Positions 12,486-25,960 of a stretch of DNA of 64,000 nt are shown one piece after another. Source of the stretch: Octopus sinensis. Lineage: Eukaryota. Within the stretch, counting starts at the first letter, position 1. Each line of letters starts with the position of its first letter. The stretch covers positions 52,960,464-53,024,463 of the forward strand of contig NC_043011.1 in assembly GCF_006345805.1 (NCBI RefSeq), in the 5' to 3' direction. A model generated the notes under the pieces. That model was not told the origin of the DNA. It did not search any database and saw only the letters and a list, made by a program, of their open reading frames with translations. The translations under genes and the position numbers were made by a program.

Positions 12486-12728
12486 TGCCCTGTTGTTGTT
12501 ATTATTATTATTATTATCATTATTATTACTATTACTATTACTATTACTATTATTATTATTATTATTACTATTACTATTATTATTACTATTACTATTATTA
12601 TTATTACTATTACTATTATTATTATTATTACTATTACTATTATTATTATTATTATATTATTACTATTACTATTATTATTACTATTATTATTATTATTATT
12701 ATTATTGTTATTATTATTATTATTATTA
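12486..12728. repeat. Compound (ATT)n/(ACT)n microsatellite
   Basis: Directly visible; source of the poly-I/L/Y ORFs. Confidence 0.95.
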
Positions 12729-13118
12729 AGGTGGCAAGCTGAGAGAATCATTAGCACACCAGGTAAAATGCTTAGTGGTATTTCATCTGTCTTCACATTC
12801 TGAGTTCAAACACCACTGGGGTTAACTTCGCCTTTCATCCTTTCAGAGTCAGTAAATTAAGTACCAGTGATGTACTGGCCAGGTGCTTCCAGCAGAAAGA
12901 ATTACTATTATTATTAAGGTGGCCAGTTGATAGACTCGTTAGTACGCTGGACAAAATGCTTAGCAGTATTTCACCCATTGCTACATTCAAGTTCAAATTC
13001 TGCTGAGGTCAACTTTGCCTTTCATCCTTTCAGGGACCAGTTGTGTACTAGGGTCGATGTAATCGATTAGTTCCATCCCCTAAAATTCTAGGCCTTGTAC
13101 CTATAGTAGAAAGTATCA

Positions 13119-13155
<37 letters not shown>

Positions 13156-13454
13156 TACTACTACTGAGGCAGTGGGCTAGCAGAGTTGTTAGCATGCAGG
13201 TTCAAATGCTGCCAAGGTTGACTTTACCTTTCACTCTTTTGAGGTTGATAAAATAAGTACAAGTCAAACCCTGGGGTTGATGAAATGCTGGCATGTCAGA
13301 CATAATTTACAGTATTCCACTTTCATGGTTTGTTTTCAAATCCTAGCATGGTTGACGTTGTCTTTCGTCCTTCAGAGATCACTAAAATAAATATTACAAT
13401 CAAGCACTGGCATTAACCAAATCTACTGAATCCTTCCCAAAATATGTGAAATCA

Positions 13455-13975
13455 TTCTTAGAAGCAGCCACTACCATACTAGAAGAGAGAAGTGTATCTT
13501 TGAATAAGCTGACAAGAACTTGATCAGAAAGGAAAACACCGGTCTTCAAACCTTTCAGATGAATCGACAACACAACTGCTAATACAAGTCCTTCAAGTAG
13601 AGAAAGACTGACAGCCCTTATCTGCTAAAGGAAAGTGGCATGTCACATGAACCAGGGCAGGTTGCAGGGCTTGCAACCTTATACCTGGGAAAGCAATCCT
13701 ATGCTGACCAGCAATGATATTAGTTGCTATAACCAAAGCACTGGTCATGATAAATGGGACCTGGTTTAGACTGGACCTTCAGGTGGATAGGAACTAGGAC
13801 GAGGTTATAAACAAGGTGGCCAATCTTTCTCAGAAATGGGTTGAGAGGAAGTTGTCTCTGAAAGGACAGAAAGAAGAGGCTATTGTCTGCATCATCTTGT
13901 TGGTGACCATTTTACCTTGCCCAAGAAACATCTGACCAGACTGGAGTGCATGCTTTTCTGTTTCTTTTAGAAGTA
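13455..13975 (-). mobile_element. Decayed L1/Tx1-type LINE fragment, inverted relative to 14215-15135
   Basis: 13501-13645 is the reverse complement of 14653-14800, which lies in the Tx1-like 3' region. Confidence 0.55.
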
Positions 13976-14214
13976 ACAAGTTCTATTGGTCAGGAGATCC
14001 TTCAACTACCAGCACCTGTCTGTGGTGTTTTAACAAGGAAATCACTGATGATGCACAAGCTGCTGACAAATCTGCATAAAATATTTTGAACATTATGATG
14101 ACAATGACAACAGTGAAAATAAGGTCAAATTGCTGTGTGTGTGTGTGTCTGTGTCTGTGTGTATGATTTTCATGTGACATCTTTTCATAGCTCTTTACTT
14201 TGTCTGAGCTGCAA

Positions 14215-15135
14215 CCACTGGTCTAGTGAAGACCAAGGTTGGGTGGCTGGCATCTAGAATGTTGCCAGGCACTCATAGCTCTCTACCAGTTAAACAATGC
14301 CAACAGTAGGGACAACAGCTCTCACATTTTATAGCAGATTAGAGAAAGGTATAAACAACAATGGCCTAGCCTGGCCTGGCCTGGAAATGACTCTAGGCAC
14401 TGACAAGAGTCTAAGAGTCTCTTTTGGAGGACTTTCAAGTTAGAGATTATGGATTAAGATACTTTTCAAAAGTCTTTGTTGTGGCAGTGCAACTCTGCAG
14501 GTAAGAAAGTACTAACAGCTGACTTGTTCAAGATGCATGCAGGGTGATGAAACCATTCTGCATGCTATCATACTGAGTTGCGGGATTGTGTCAAACAGCA
14601 GCTGTCATGCGTAGGACGAATCTATCTATCTTACTGAGTCTAGAGTAAAAACTGACATGCCACTTTCCTTTAGTAGATAAGGGTTGTCAGTCTTTCTCCA
14701 CTTGAAGGTCTTGTATTAGAAGTTGTGTTGTAGGTTCATCTGAAAGATTTTGAAGACCGGTGTTTTCCTTTCTGGTCAAGTTCTTGTCAGCTTATTCAAA
14801 AACCATTTGAATAAGAAGGTGGCATTGCTTTCTAGTGTATTCAGTGCAAGGTAGGTGAGATTAGCAAGACTGATGAGACTGATTGGGCTCACTTTGAATA
14901 TTCTGAGAAGAAAACTGGAGGAATGCACTTTTGATGCTTTGGTGAGGGGTTTCCCCAAAAATTATCCTAGGGGGACTTCCCCACCATTGGAGGAATTGTC
15001 TTGTTGAATTTTTATTGTTATATGTTTTGTTTTTGTTGACTTCTTTTTACTTGATGTAAATTTTGTGATTTATTTCTTGACTTTGTACTGTCCTTAATGT
15101 CTTGGTCGATTGTGAGTAGTAAAAGAAACCCTTAT
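14215..15135 (+). mobile_element. Decayed L1/Tx1-type LINE ORF2 3' end and 3' UTR
   Basis: LTCSRCMQGDETILHAIILSC fits the C-terminal zinc-knuckle (zf-RVT) pattern C-x2-C-x4-ET-x2-H; downstream TGVFLSGQVLVSLFKNHLNKKV; then a T-rich 3' UTR. Confidence 0.65.
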
Positions 15136-16644
15136 TAATATTATTATAAAAGAAATCATCATCATCATCATTGTTTAAGGCAGAATCATTAGAGCATGAG
15201 GGGAAAAAATGCCTTGGGGTATTTGTTCTTTCTTTTTCACATCCATCCTTAGTTCAAATCCTGCCAAGGTCACCTTTGCCTTTTATTGACTCCTTCAGGG
15301 TCAATAAAATAAGCATTGTTGAAGTACTGGAGTCAACTGTATTGACTTACCTTCTCCCCTCAAAATTGTTAGCCTTGCACCTTAATTAGAAACCATAATT
15401 ATTATTATGATTAGTGTAAGGCGGTGAGCTGGCAGAACTGTTAGCATGCTGGGAAAAATGCTTCATGGCATTTCATGCTTTTACATTCTGAGTTCCAGTT
15501 CCGCTGAGGTTGACTTCACCTTTCGTCATTTCGGGGTTGATAGATTAAGTACCAGTGAAACACTGGGGTTGATGTAATTGAATAATTCCCTCCCCCAAAA
15601 TTTCAGGCCTAGTGCCTTTAGTAGAAAGGATTATTATGGTTATTGTAGGTTTTATCAGACATTCTAATGGCTCTGCCAATCCATTAACTTCATGGCCTTT
15701 TATCTATCTTAGAAACCGTTATTATTGCCATTATTAATCAAGCACTGGGGCCAATGTAATTGAACAGCATCTTCCCCAATATTTCAAGCTTTATACCTAT
15801 AGGAAAAAGAATTCTATCTTTGAATTCTATAAAAGAATTCTATCTGGCAGAGTCATTATCACACTGAATAAAATACTTAGTAACATTTCTTCTTGTTCTA
15901 TGTTCTGAGTTATAATGCCACTAAAGTACACTGTTCTGGGGTCAATGTAATTGACTTCCTCCACCCCTCAAAAACTGCTGGCCCTATGCCAAAATTTGGG
16001 ACCACTTTTGTTATTATTATTATTAATATTATCCTGGTCAAAGTTGGCAACCTGGCAGAATCATTAGCACTCTGTGCAAAATGTTTAGTGGTATTTTGTC
16101 TGTCTTCATGTTCTGGATTGAGCACTGGGGTTGATTTAATCGACTTAACCCCTCCCCCAGAATTGCTGGCATTGTACCAAAATTTGAAACTATTATTATT
16201 ATTATTAATATCATCCTGATCACAAAAAAATATATGCTGTCATACTAGATCTAAATTCTGTTCTACTTATGAGCCAAGAATGAAGTCTCTACATGGTCAT
16301 TTGACCTGCTAAAAATAGCTGCAAAATATCACTCCCATCACATCCTACTATCTTTAACAAGAAAAGGAAGAACATTTTGAGCATGTTGTCCTATTCACTA
16401 AAAAACAGGTTAGTCATGGTTGGAATGCCTTTGATCATAGGGTTTCATGTGGGACTAAATGAAAAACAATCACTATGACCATTCTACTCAATGTGTTACT
16501 ATGACTACATTGTAGTGTATACTAGGTATTATCTTGTTTACAGTATATGCTAGTGTGCAAGATGCACTTTTCTTATGCATAAATGCCACAAAAATTGTCA
16601 TGTGTTTAATGCAACCATATTATAGATGGGATAAACATGAATTT

Positions 16645-17135
16645 ATAGCATTTAAACTGGCCATATCCAGCCCAAATATTCTAGCTATTTTACATTAAAG
16701 CCAGCCAGATTTTACCCCTTACATGTGCTCTACAATGTCATTCTAAAATCAAACAATCACATCTGGCAACGGCCACGCTCACATAAAAAGCACCATTTGA
16801 GCGTGGCCACTGCCAGTACCACCAAACTGGCCCTCGTGCTGGTGGCACGTAAAAGCACCCACTACACTCTCGGAGTGGTTGGCATTAGGAAGGGCATCCA
16901 GCTGTAGAAACTCTGCCAGATCAGTTTGGAGTCTGGTGCAGCCATCTGGTTCACCAGACCTCAGTCAAATTGTCCAATCCATGCTAGCATGGAAAGCAGA
17001 CGTTAAATGATGACGATGATGATGACATCATTGAAATCTCAAAGCTATGAAATAATGCATGATTAATTCAAATCAATGTGAACGAATAAGCATTACCTTT
17101 GACAGAATAATTTGAATGTTAAAAGGTTAAATATA
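16645..17135. mobile_element. TTAA-type MITE family P2 interrupted by a family C retroposon
   Basis: agcatttaaactggccatatcc ... gaatgttaaaagg|ttaa. Other P2 copies at about 32150-32790, 41870-42014, 57835-58053, 59625-60112, 60121-60310 and 60315-60533. Confidence 0.7.
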
Positions 17136-20100
17136 TAAATAGCTACAGGCATGGCTATGTGGTTGAGAAGTCTGTTTCCCAACAATAAGTGCATGATTAA
17201 TGCAAAATAAGATGAATAAATAAGCATTACATTTGACAGAATAATCTGAATGCTAAAGGGTTAAATTTGAGGTTTTTGTCCACAAAATACACTTGTAAAG
17301 TAGGGATACATCTTATGTGAAAGAGCATTTTATCTGCTGACAAATACAGCACTGAACTTGGATACCATTTTACTTCATTTACTGCTATGGCTATGTCATA
17401 TTCTGTATCTTGTAAGTGTTAGATGATGATTCTGTTAAGTTATTTTAATACCTTTCAAGGGTGACAAGGTGGTAAAACCATTAGCGCTTCTTCTGGCTTT
17501 ACATTGTGAGTTCAAATGATGTTGAGGTCAACTTTGCTTTCCATTCTCTAAAGAGTCGAAGTGATCACTTTACCCCTCCTCCAAAATTTCTGACTTTGTG
17601 CCTACATTTGAAAGGATTTTAACAATATTCACAGAAAGTGCTGAGGTTAGAAAAGGATTTGTGGGTTCTAACCTGCATGAGTCAGTGACAGTGTACTATA
17701 GACATCAAATGCCAGGCATTTATCAGTGTTTATGTACATATGAGAGAGAGAGAGGACAAAAGCTAGAGAGTGAGAGATGACTTCATTCTGTCTTATTATA
17801 TAATGGATGCACAGAACTTGTTCTGTGAACAAGTGGGAACAGGTTTTCATAAATCAAAATGTATGCTATAATGGAGATAGAATCCTCAAAACACTAGTTA
17901 TGAACAAACCAGTGTGAGAGCTTCTGTATAGCTCTAGATCTCGCAAATCCCACCTTATCAATTTTCACAAAACAAATAGGAAGATGGAATGAATATTATA
18001 GTTCTACACAAGCTGTGTGTGAAAAACATAAGCTGGAGTGCTATGGCTGGACTGTCTTTTATCATATGTGTGAACAGTGACGGCTGACTTCTGTTGGATT
18101 TGGTTAGCTTGGCAGGATAAAAAATAATGTAGTTAGTATGAGTGGGGAATAGGACATATGAAGTAACGGAATAACAATTAATTATGTTATTGAAAAATTT
18201 CCACATGGTGCCATCTGCATGAAGAACACATGTAGGCTACCATGCTTAACTGCCTTTTAATTTATTTTTTTTAGTGTGTTTTCGTACAGAAGTGAAATTT
18301 GTGAAGAGATAACTTACTGTATTTTTAAATTCTGAGACATAAATTTGTATCCTGTGATTGCATTCTGTTCAGCCAATTAGCAAGACACTTAATTCTATAT
18401 GGCCCTTGCTCATGTAGCTGTTTGGGAATTGGTTGATGGGGGTAGGTGTTAATGGGAGTGGAATGAGATGGCTTGGTGCAGTTGTTTGGATGCAAAAGAT
18501 TTGGTACACCAGACTGGACATTCAGGCTGTTTTGGTGACCGTATATTTTGGCACTGGAGGCACACACACTCTTACACATACACATATGGGTACAGAAATA
18601 TACAGGTTGAGAGAGCCATTTCAATTTATTAATAGAACATGATTTGACACAAACACACTTTCCCTCTCTTCATGCACACAGAGAAATATGCTCACATAAA
18701 CAGAGGAAGGGTAAGAATGAAAGAAACATTATGATATCTAATGTCAAATAAGTCAGCATCGGATCAGCAATGCCAAAACAGCTGTGCCAAAGCTTCTCAT
18801 ACCCAACTGGGCAAGTTAGAGTTAGACTGTCATCATGTCACAATAGCAAGTTAGTTCCCATCATCTTCTTATTGCAACACAATCTTAAATTAAGTATCTG
18901 CTCTGTATGGATCCTTATTTTTTTATGAAAGGAATAATTAAAAACCTCGTTAATATCATAGTTTGTCTTTTTTACTGCAGGGCTGTGAGTGAGGATTTAG
19001 AGATGGAAGTTGTGAAGTTGTTGTCATCGTCATCATTGCTGCTACCATTTGTGTTGGGTAAAACCTAAGTCGGCCCTGTTTCTGTAAACCTACAGCATAG
19101 GTGGATTTAGCTGAGCTGATAGAATGTTGTATTCAAACAGCTTCCTTTGTTGTGGCCAGCCTATGTCTATTGAGAAGCTTGAAGCATCCTGTCTTTTGAT
19201 TTAAAGCTTGTGAAGACACTGGGGACTTGTTGTTAGGAAGGAATTTCGCTACCACATCAAATAAGTCAACCAGTTACATACAAGCTTGCTTACTGGCACT
19301 GCCAATGCCTTTCTTCACTTCAAACAAACAAATGTTCAGTAAATTAATCTCTTTGTGACCTGTCCTTCACTGAAACAGGATTACTATAAACTATGAGTGA
19401 TGCTAGCTCTAAACTGACTTTAACTCTTTGGAGATGGAACCTCATTTGGAGTTTCAGTGCCAAGAAAATGGAACCCTTTTTACAAGCCCTGCAGAGGTTA
19501 TGCACTTATTTTTCAAAACAAAATTATAAAAAAATAAAGTAATTGCTTTATATATATAAAGCTATATATATTCTCGTAGGAAATTGAATGAACTAATACA
19601 ATCTTCTTCATCATTCAACTTATTGGCCAATAGATCAGCCCTGTTGTCTCCTAAGGGTTAAATAGATCAAATGAAAAAAAATAATAATTACATCTCTCTC
19701 AAAAAAAATTAAGCATCATAATACAAAATGGAAATTTTTGATGTTATAAGTGCAATTTGTGGATATACCTTATTTAATGGGTAAACCTTGATTTGGCTCC
19801 AACCTGCATTAAGGATTTTAATTTCTTACAAATAACAATGTAATATTTTTACACCAGAAAGATATTTTGTGTTTCACATTTTGATGTATGTTTTTTTTGT
19901 TTTGTTTTTTTTTTGTATAAATATAATATTCTATATAAGTAGTATCTAACTTAAGTGTTGTTGTTTATCTTTATGCAGATGGCATCTCTGAGTTATATAT
20001 TCTGTTAACAGTTATATTTTTCTACTACAATCACATACATTTACTTCCTGATTCTTCTATCACTACTTCATGCATACACTGAAGTTTATGCTTTGCTAAC

Positions 20101-20906
20101 AAGTTCATAATAAAACTGAAACATGTGCAGAATTGTCTCTTGTACTTACTGAAATAAATAATTAAAATATTAACCTGGGACTATTATATATATATATTTG
20201 ATATATATTGATTGTAATGGTAAAACAACAAAAGAATTTACTTGATGTAAATAGAGGAATTTATCTGTAAATGGAAGGATTGGACAAAAGAGTGGGACCA
20301 GTGAATCTTGAAAATATTTGCCCTTCCTAACACCAACCACTCCAAGAGTGTAGTGGCTGCTTTTATGTGCCACCGGCATGAGGGCCAGTCAGGCAGTACT
20401 GGCAACGGCCACAAAAAATCATTTTTTTTCTTTTCTTTTACGTGTCACCTGCACACCGGCACAAATGCCAATAAGGCTACGCTGATATATATATAATAAT
20501 TATGATGATGGCTGCCACATGTGACCAAAGATCATCACTGACAATTGCCCATGCAAAATGCCAGTAATGCTCATCCAATGTCTGTATTAAACCATCAATA
20601 GAATGCCTGCACTACTTGTTCCTTGGTCGACTATGCCTTTCATTTTTTTGTGGTCAGTAAATAAAGTACCAACCTATGGTGTTTTATTAAGCTCAACTGT
20701 TAGAATATAGCAGATTTTTTTGCATAATCTGTCAACTTGTGCATTTAGAGTTCAAATTCTACCAAAGTGCCTGGAAAGCAACTTCACCAACCCACAGGCC
20801 TTGTATGACAAGTAATGCAAATCTTCAAAGCCATACTAACACTAAAAAGATAGTGCTGGTATCATATGAGTGAGGGATTCCTCCAGTTGAAGTGATATGT
20901 ATTTGG

Positions 20907-20963
<57 letters not shown>

Positions 20964-21902
20964 TCATAATCGTTCAAGAAATCTTGTTTGATCTCATTCT
21001 TTAATGGAAGACGGGTCTTACATAACAGTCAGCTTTTACCTAGGTTTGTATCAGTGGACTCCATGCTTACCATGGTCCCCTCCTACTCGACACTCCATGT
21101 TCCAACACTGCCACACCACACCACATCATGCCACAGCACACACCACCACACCATATCACACCACCCCACATATACTAGCACTGACTACTTCCCAGCACCC
21201 ACACCATTATCCACACACCCACACATTACAGATGCACACACTTACACATGCACACATCTACACATCAAAGTCACCAGCCCCTATCCACACGCATACACTT
21301 ACACGTGCACCTTCATTTTGGGATCACCAATACTTTATTTTCTCCCCTTTTTCCTAGCTCTCCTATCTAACTACCTTTGTCTAGCCAGCCACCATGACTG
21401 ACTGCTAGCTACAAAAATTTTTTTATTCTCTCTGTTTATTTCCTCATGTTCCTTTCTGTTCCTTTCTATTTAGTGTTAACATGGCTTTGAAGATTTGCAT
21501 TACTTGCCATACAAGGCCTGTGGGTTGGTGGAATTTGAACTTTAAATACACAAGTAGACAGATAATGCAAAAAAATCTGCTATATTCTAACAGTTGAGCT
21601 TAATAAAACATCATAGGTTGGTACCTTATTTACTGACCACAAAAAAATGAAAGGCATAGTCATCCATGGAACAAGTACTGCAAAGCATTCTATTGATGGT
21701 TTAATACAGACATTGACAACCTTTTTCAAGAAGTAGACTACATGAGACATGGTACCTCCTTATATGGGGTACATTCAAGGTAATTTTTTGTTAGGCATGC
21801 CGTTCAGAAAAACCTGTGAGCTGCAGTTTACCCACAATTAGTTTAATGTCCCTACACTGTATGGATACTTGTGCATGCTTGAGTGTAGGCATATACATGT
21901 GC

Positions 21903-21933
<31 letters not shown>

Positions 21934-22317
21934 ATCATTCTCTATATTTTAATGTTCATTTTCCATGTGTGCATGGGTTAGATGAAACTGTATTGAGGCA
22001 GGTGCCCTTCATGTTGAAAATATACAACTGTTTCCATGTAAGATATTTCCCTTAGACATTTGAACAACGAACAGTTCAATGGTTGGCTTTTGTGGAGAAT
22101 TGCAAACAAATAAACTTGTATAGCGGTGACTTGTGTTTACCATTAGCGTGCTTGTATCAAGACAAAGGGTTTATGCAAATGCATGCACGTGCACAAATAT
22201 ATCCATCCATCCATTTATATATGTGTATATATGTATGCACACACACACACACACAACAGGCTTTTCCAATTTCTATTTACCAAATTTCACTCGCAAAGCA
22301 TTTGTTAACCTGTGGCT

Positions 22318-22732
22318 GTACATGTGTGTGTGTGTGTGTGTGTGCATATGTATGTTCGTGTGTATGTGTGCATGTGTGTTCATGTGTGTGTGTGTGTGTG
22401 TGCATATCTATGTTCGTGTGTATGTGTGTTTGTGGGTGTGTGTGTGTGCATATGTATGTTTGTGTGTATGTGTGCATGTGTGTTCGTGTGTGTGTGTGTG
22501 CATATCTATGTTCGTGTGTATGTGTGCATGTGTGTATGTATGTGTGCATATGTATGTTCATGTGCATGTGTGTGTGTGTGTGTGTTCATGTGTGTGTGTG
22601 TATACACCTACACATGTTCGTGTGTTTGCACCTGTATATATTCATGCATATGTATATGCACCTGCATGTTTTCATGTATGTGTGTGTGCACCTGTATGTG
22701 TATGTTTGTTCAGATGTGTGTGTGTGTGTGTG
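22318..22732. repeat. Compound (GT)n/CATG microsatellite
   Basis: Directly visible; source of the V/C/M- and H/T-rich ORFs. Confidence 0.95.
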
Positions 22733-23204
22733 TAATTGACTTATGTTTGTGAATAGTAAAATCTACCATCCATACATACAACATACACGTTCTCCATCTA
22801 AAAAGAATTCATGTCCTGTCTAGCTGAAGATATATGAATATGATGAATAACTTGCACAAACATTACATATACACGTACACTATACAATACATTAAACACA
22901 ATGCATACAATAGACACAGTACAACTGTTCAATGATCTTTAACATGTTATTAAGTACAGAGCAAGCTCTAAAAACAGTTTAGCATAGAGAGCGCATTTCT
23001 CTTTGAGATTTCCATCAATGATGATAATAGTTATAAAGATTTCCAGCATAATTCTATTGATTTCTAACAACTCTGCATTGATTGTGGATGTAACAATAAG
23101 TTTGTCTGTATATTTATGTTCTTTGTTTATTTGTTAGGGATGACGTGTGTATTTGTATGTATGTACGTATGTATATATGTATGTATGTATTTAGGTATGT
23201 ATAT

Positions 23205-23419
23205 TCTTTTACTCTTTTACTTGTTTCAGTCATTTGACTGCGGCCATGCTGGAGCACCGCCTTTAGTCGAATCAAATCGACCCCAGGACTTATTCTTTGT
23301 AAGCCTAGTACTTATTCTATCGGTCTCTTTCACCGACCCGCTAAGTTATGGGGACGTAAACACACCAGCATCGGTTGTCCAGCAATGTTGGGGGGACAAA
23401 TATAGACACACAAACATAT

Positions 23420-23456
<37 letters not shown>

Positions 23457-23540
23457 CATTTATACGATGGGCTTCTTTCAGTTTCTGTCTACCAAATCCA
23501 CTCACAAGGCTTTGGTTGGCCCGAGGCTATTGTAGAAGAC
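23205..23540 (-). mobile_element. SINE family B (head truncated)
   Basis: cttgtttcagtcatttgactgcggccatgctggagcaccgcc ... ggcccgaggctattgtagaagac. Confidence 0.85.
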
Positions 23541-24460
23541 TAGTCAATTACATTGGCCCTAGTGTTTCACTGGTACTTAATTTATTGACTCTGAAAGGAT
23601 GAATGGCAGAAGTCGACCTTGGCGGCATATGAACTACAAACATAACAACAGAGTTTCAAATTGTCATTCAAGAAAACAAAAAGATGTTCTGGAGACAATG
23701 CATGCTGTTTTAATGCACCTGTTTTAATGTTACCATGTCAGAGACTACTTAACTTATTGGTACAGAGCACTCAGCCAGTATCAAAGAGGAAGAGGGTTGG
23801 CTGCTGGCAACCTTTTCAAGGTGGTGCCCCAGCATGGCCACAGTCTAATGACTGAAACAAGTAAAAGATAATAGATAAAAGATGTGGCTATCCGTTTGTG
23901 AGAGCCACATGGTAAAAGAGACATCGTTCTGAAGTGAAGTGTAAAGATATAACTGTCAAAAATATGAGTCACATAGATCCTATGACATACTTCAATATCT
24001 TCATTATCATCATCATTATCATCATCATCACTGTCGTCGTTTAATATCCATTTTGCATGCTGGCATGAGTTGGATGGCTTGACATGGAGCTGACTAGCAG
24101 GGAGCTATCTAGACTCCAACTGGATGCTCTTTCTAACACCTTCATGTAAATTGCAAATAAAAACCATAATGCTGTAGGCCAGATCAAATTCTTCAAAATC
24201 TGTTTCATGCATGAATGTCTATACCCATATCTTCACAGTTTGAGACAATTCTTTCAGCCACCAGTTTTGGAACCAAACTCTCTCTTTCACCAATTTGCAG
24301 TGGACATGTTTTACAAGATGCAATTGGCAAAATTGTGCTACATTAGAATTCATTAACCCTTTAGCATTTAAACCCACAATACCCAGCCCAAATATTCTAC
24401 CTGTTTATGTTCAGACCAGAGAGATCTCAGTTTCAGGCCTTGTGCCTAGAGTAGAAAAGA

Positions 24461-24704
24461 ATATTTATCCTCTCTTAAATGTGGATGTTCTTTTAGAACA
24501 AACTATACTGTGGTAGATACCATGAGAGAAACTCTCATATTGGCTTTTGGTGCAAAATTCACTTTTGTTTGTATTGTTATTATTCATCTTGCACCTTGAA
24601 GTGATATAAACATGTGTGCATTTTTCATGAGAGTTTCTTTCATGGCATCTACCACAGTATGGTTTGTTCCAATAGAACACCCACATTTAAATGGGGATAA
24701 ATAT
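24461..24704. mobile_element. 244-bp fold-back element (long imperfect TIRs of about 78 bp)
   Basis: atatttatcctctcttaaatgtggatgttct...gaaactctcat pairs with atgagagtttct...cacatttaaatggggataaatat. Second copy at 27410-27653. Confidence 0.8.
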
Positions 24705-25109
24705 TACCTCTGTTGCTAATATAAATTATCCAGAATGTTCTACCTTTCTTGAGGCAATGATTTAAAGCAGATTTAGCTCTTATTTCTAGCAGATCATTAA
24801 CCATGTAAGGGATCCTCTGTTAGTTTGTCAATGCAGCAGAATGTCAGAAACATTCTAACAATGAACAATCACTTTGTTAATATCTTGAAGCTATAAGATA
24901 ATGAATGGTAGATTTAAAACAATGTGAATAAATAACCATTAGATTTGACAAAGGGACCCGAATACCAAAGAGCCATAAACAAAACTCTTATGCACATTTA
25001 TGTGGTGTAGTGTATAATAATGTAACAGGAGGAGAGGCTGGTCAACTTTTCTTTCTTTATTCACATGCAGGAATGAACACAGGATGCCATAATTTGTATT
25101 TACCATTTC

Positions 25110-25960
25110 AGCATTTTAGAACTCTTCATTATCTTCACTTGCAAATCTAAATGGAAAGAAATTCAAGAAAGGATCCTTTATCACCAAATGTACATTCGCC
25201 AGTATGATCTTCCAACAAGAATTTTTCACTAAATGTTGAGGAAAATGATGGATTTGATTCCTAAGTACCAAATATTTTGACCAGTCAGGTGCCAAATGTA
25301 TATCATAAAATAGCAAATTAATTCCAACATATCAGTAGAGCTTCAAAAGGTGATGAGCTGGCAGAAACGTTAGCATGCCGGGTGAAAGCTTAGCAGTATT
25401 TCATCTGCAGTTATGTTCTGAGTTCAAATTCTGCCGAGGTCGACTTTGCCTTTCATCCTTTCGAGGTTGATAAATTAAGTACCAGTTACGCACTGGGGTT
25501 GATGTAATCTACTTAATCCATTTGTCCCCTCTATGTTTAGCCCCTTGTGGGTAATAAAGAAACAGGTATTTCATCTGCAGTTATGTTCTGAGTTCAAATT
25601 CCGCCGAGGTCAACTTTGCCTTTCATCCTTTTAGAGTCAATAGATTAATTACCAGTTATGCACTGGGGTCGATGTAATCGACTTAATCTCTTTGTCTGTC
25701 CTTGTTTGTCCCCTCTATGTTTAGCCCCTTGTGAGCAATAAAGAAAAAAGTAGAGCTTCAGAACTTTGGCAGGGACAAAGTATTCTTCAGTGTTATTGGT
25801 ATCCAGATTGTTTGTTGTCCTTGTGGTGACCTCAACAGGAATTCACCTTGCATGGAAAATGAATGCAACAGATGGTTTGCAAGACCATTTGTCAACGAGA
25901 CTCAAAGAATGGAAAGAAGAGTATCTGAGGATGGAGGCTTCCTTATTTTCGTTGCATAGC
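25110..25960 (+). mobile_element. Decayed Helitron Rep-domain fragment, split by a SINE
   Basis: LFIIFTCKSKWKEIQE...DLPTRIFH resembles FITFTCNPKWxEI...DRPDLVARVF; after the SINE, CGDLNRNSPCMENECNRWFARPFVNET resembles CGxxNxxSPCMxxGKCxKxFPKxF. Confidence 0.75.
25346..25748 (+). mobile_element. SINE family A dimer with 12-bp TSD
   Basis: agtagagcttca at 25334-25345 and 25749-25760 flanks the element. Confidence 0.9.

Noticed and set aside
12326-12803. Poly-I/L/Y/N ORFs (also 22083-22752, 33085-34955, 37284-37883, 38279-38722, 39300-40627, 46692-47163)
   Set aside because: Translations of microsatellites that lack stop codons.
18325-18624. 99-aa minus-strand ORF ending near a gtaagt donor
   Set aside because: TTG start, stop before the donor, and other frames closed; no coherent minus-strand exon chain found.
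23116-23602. Recurring short ORFs such as DGLLSVSVYQIHSQG and LFQSFDCGHAGAPPLVE
   Set aside because: They recur because they are translations of SINE family B copies; not genes.
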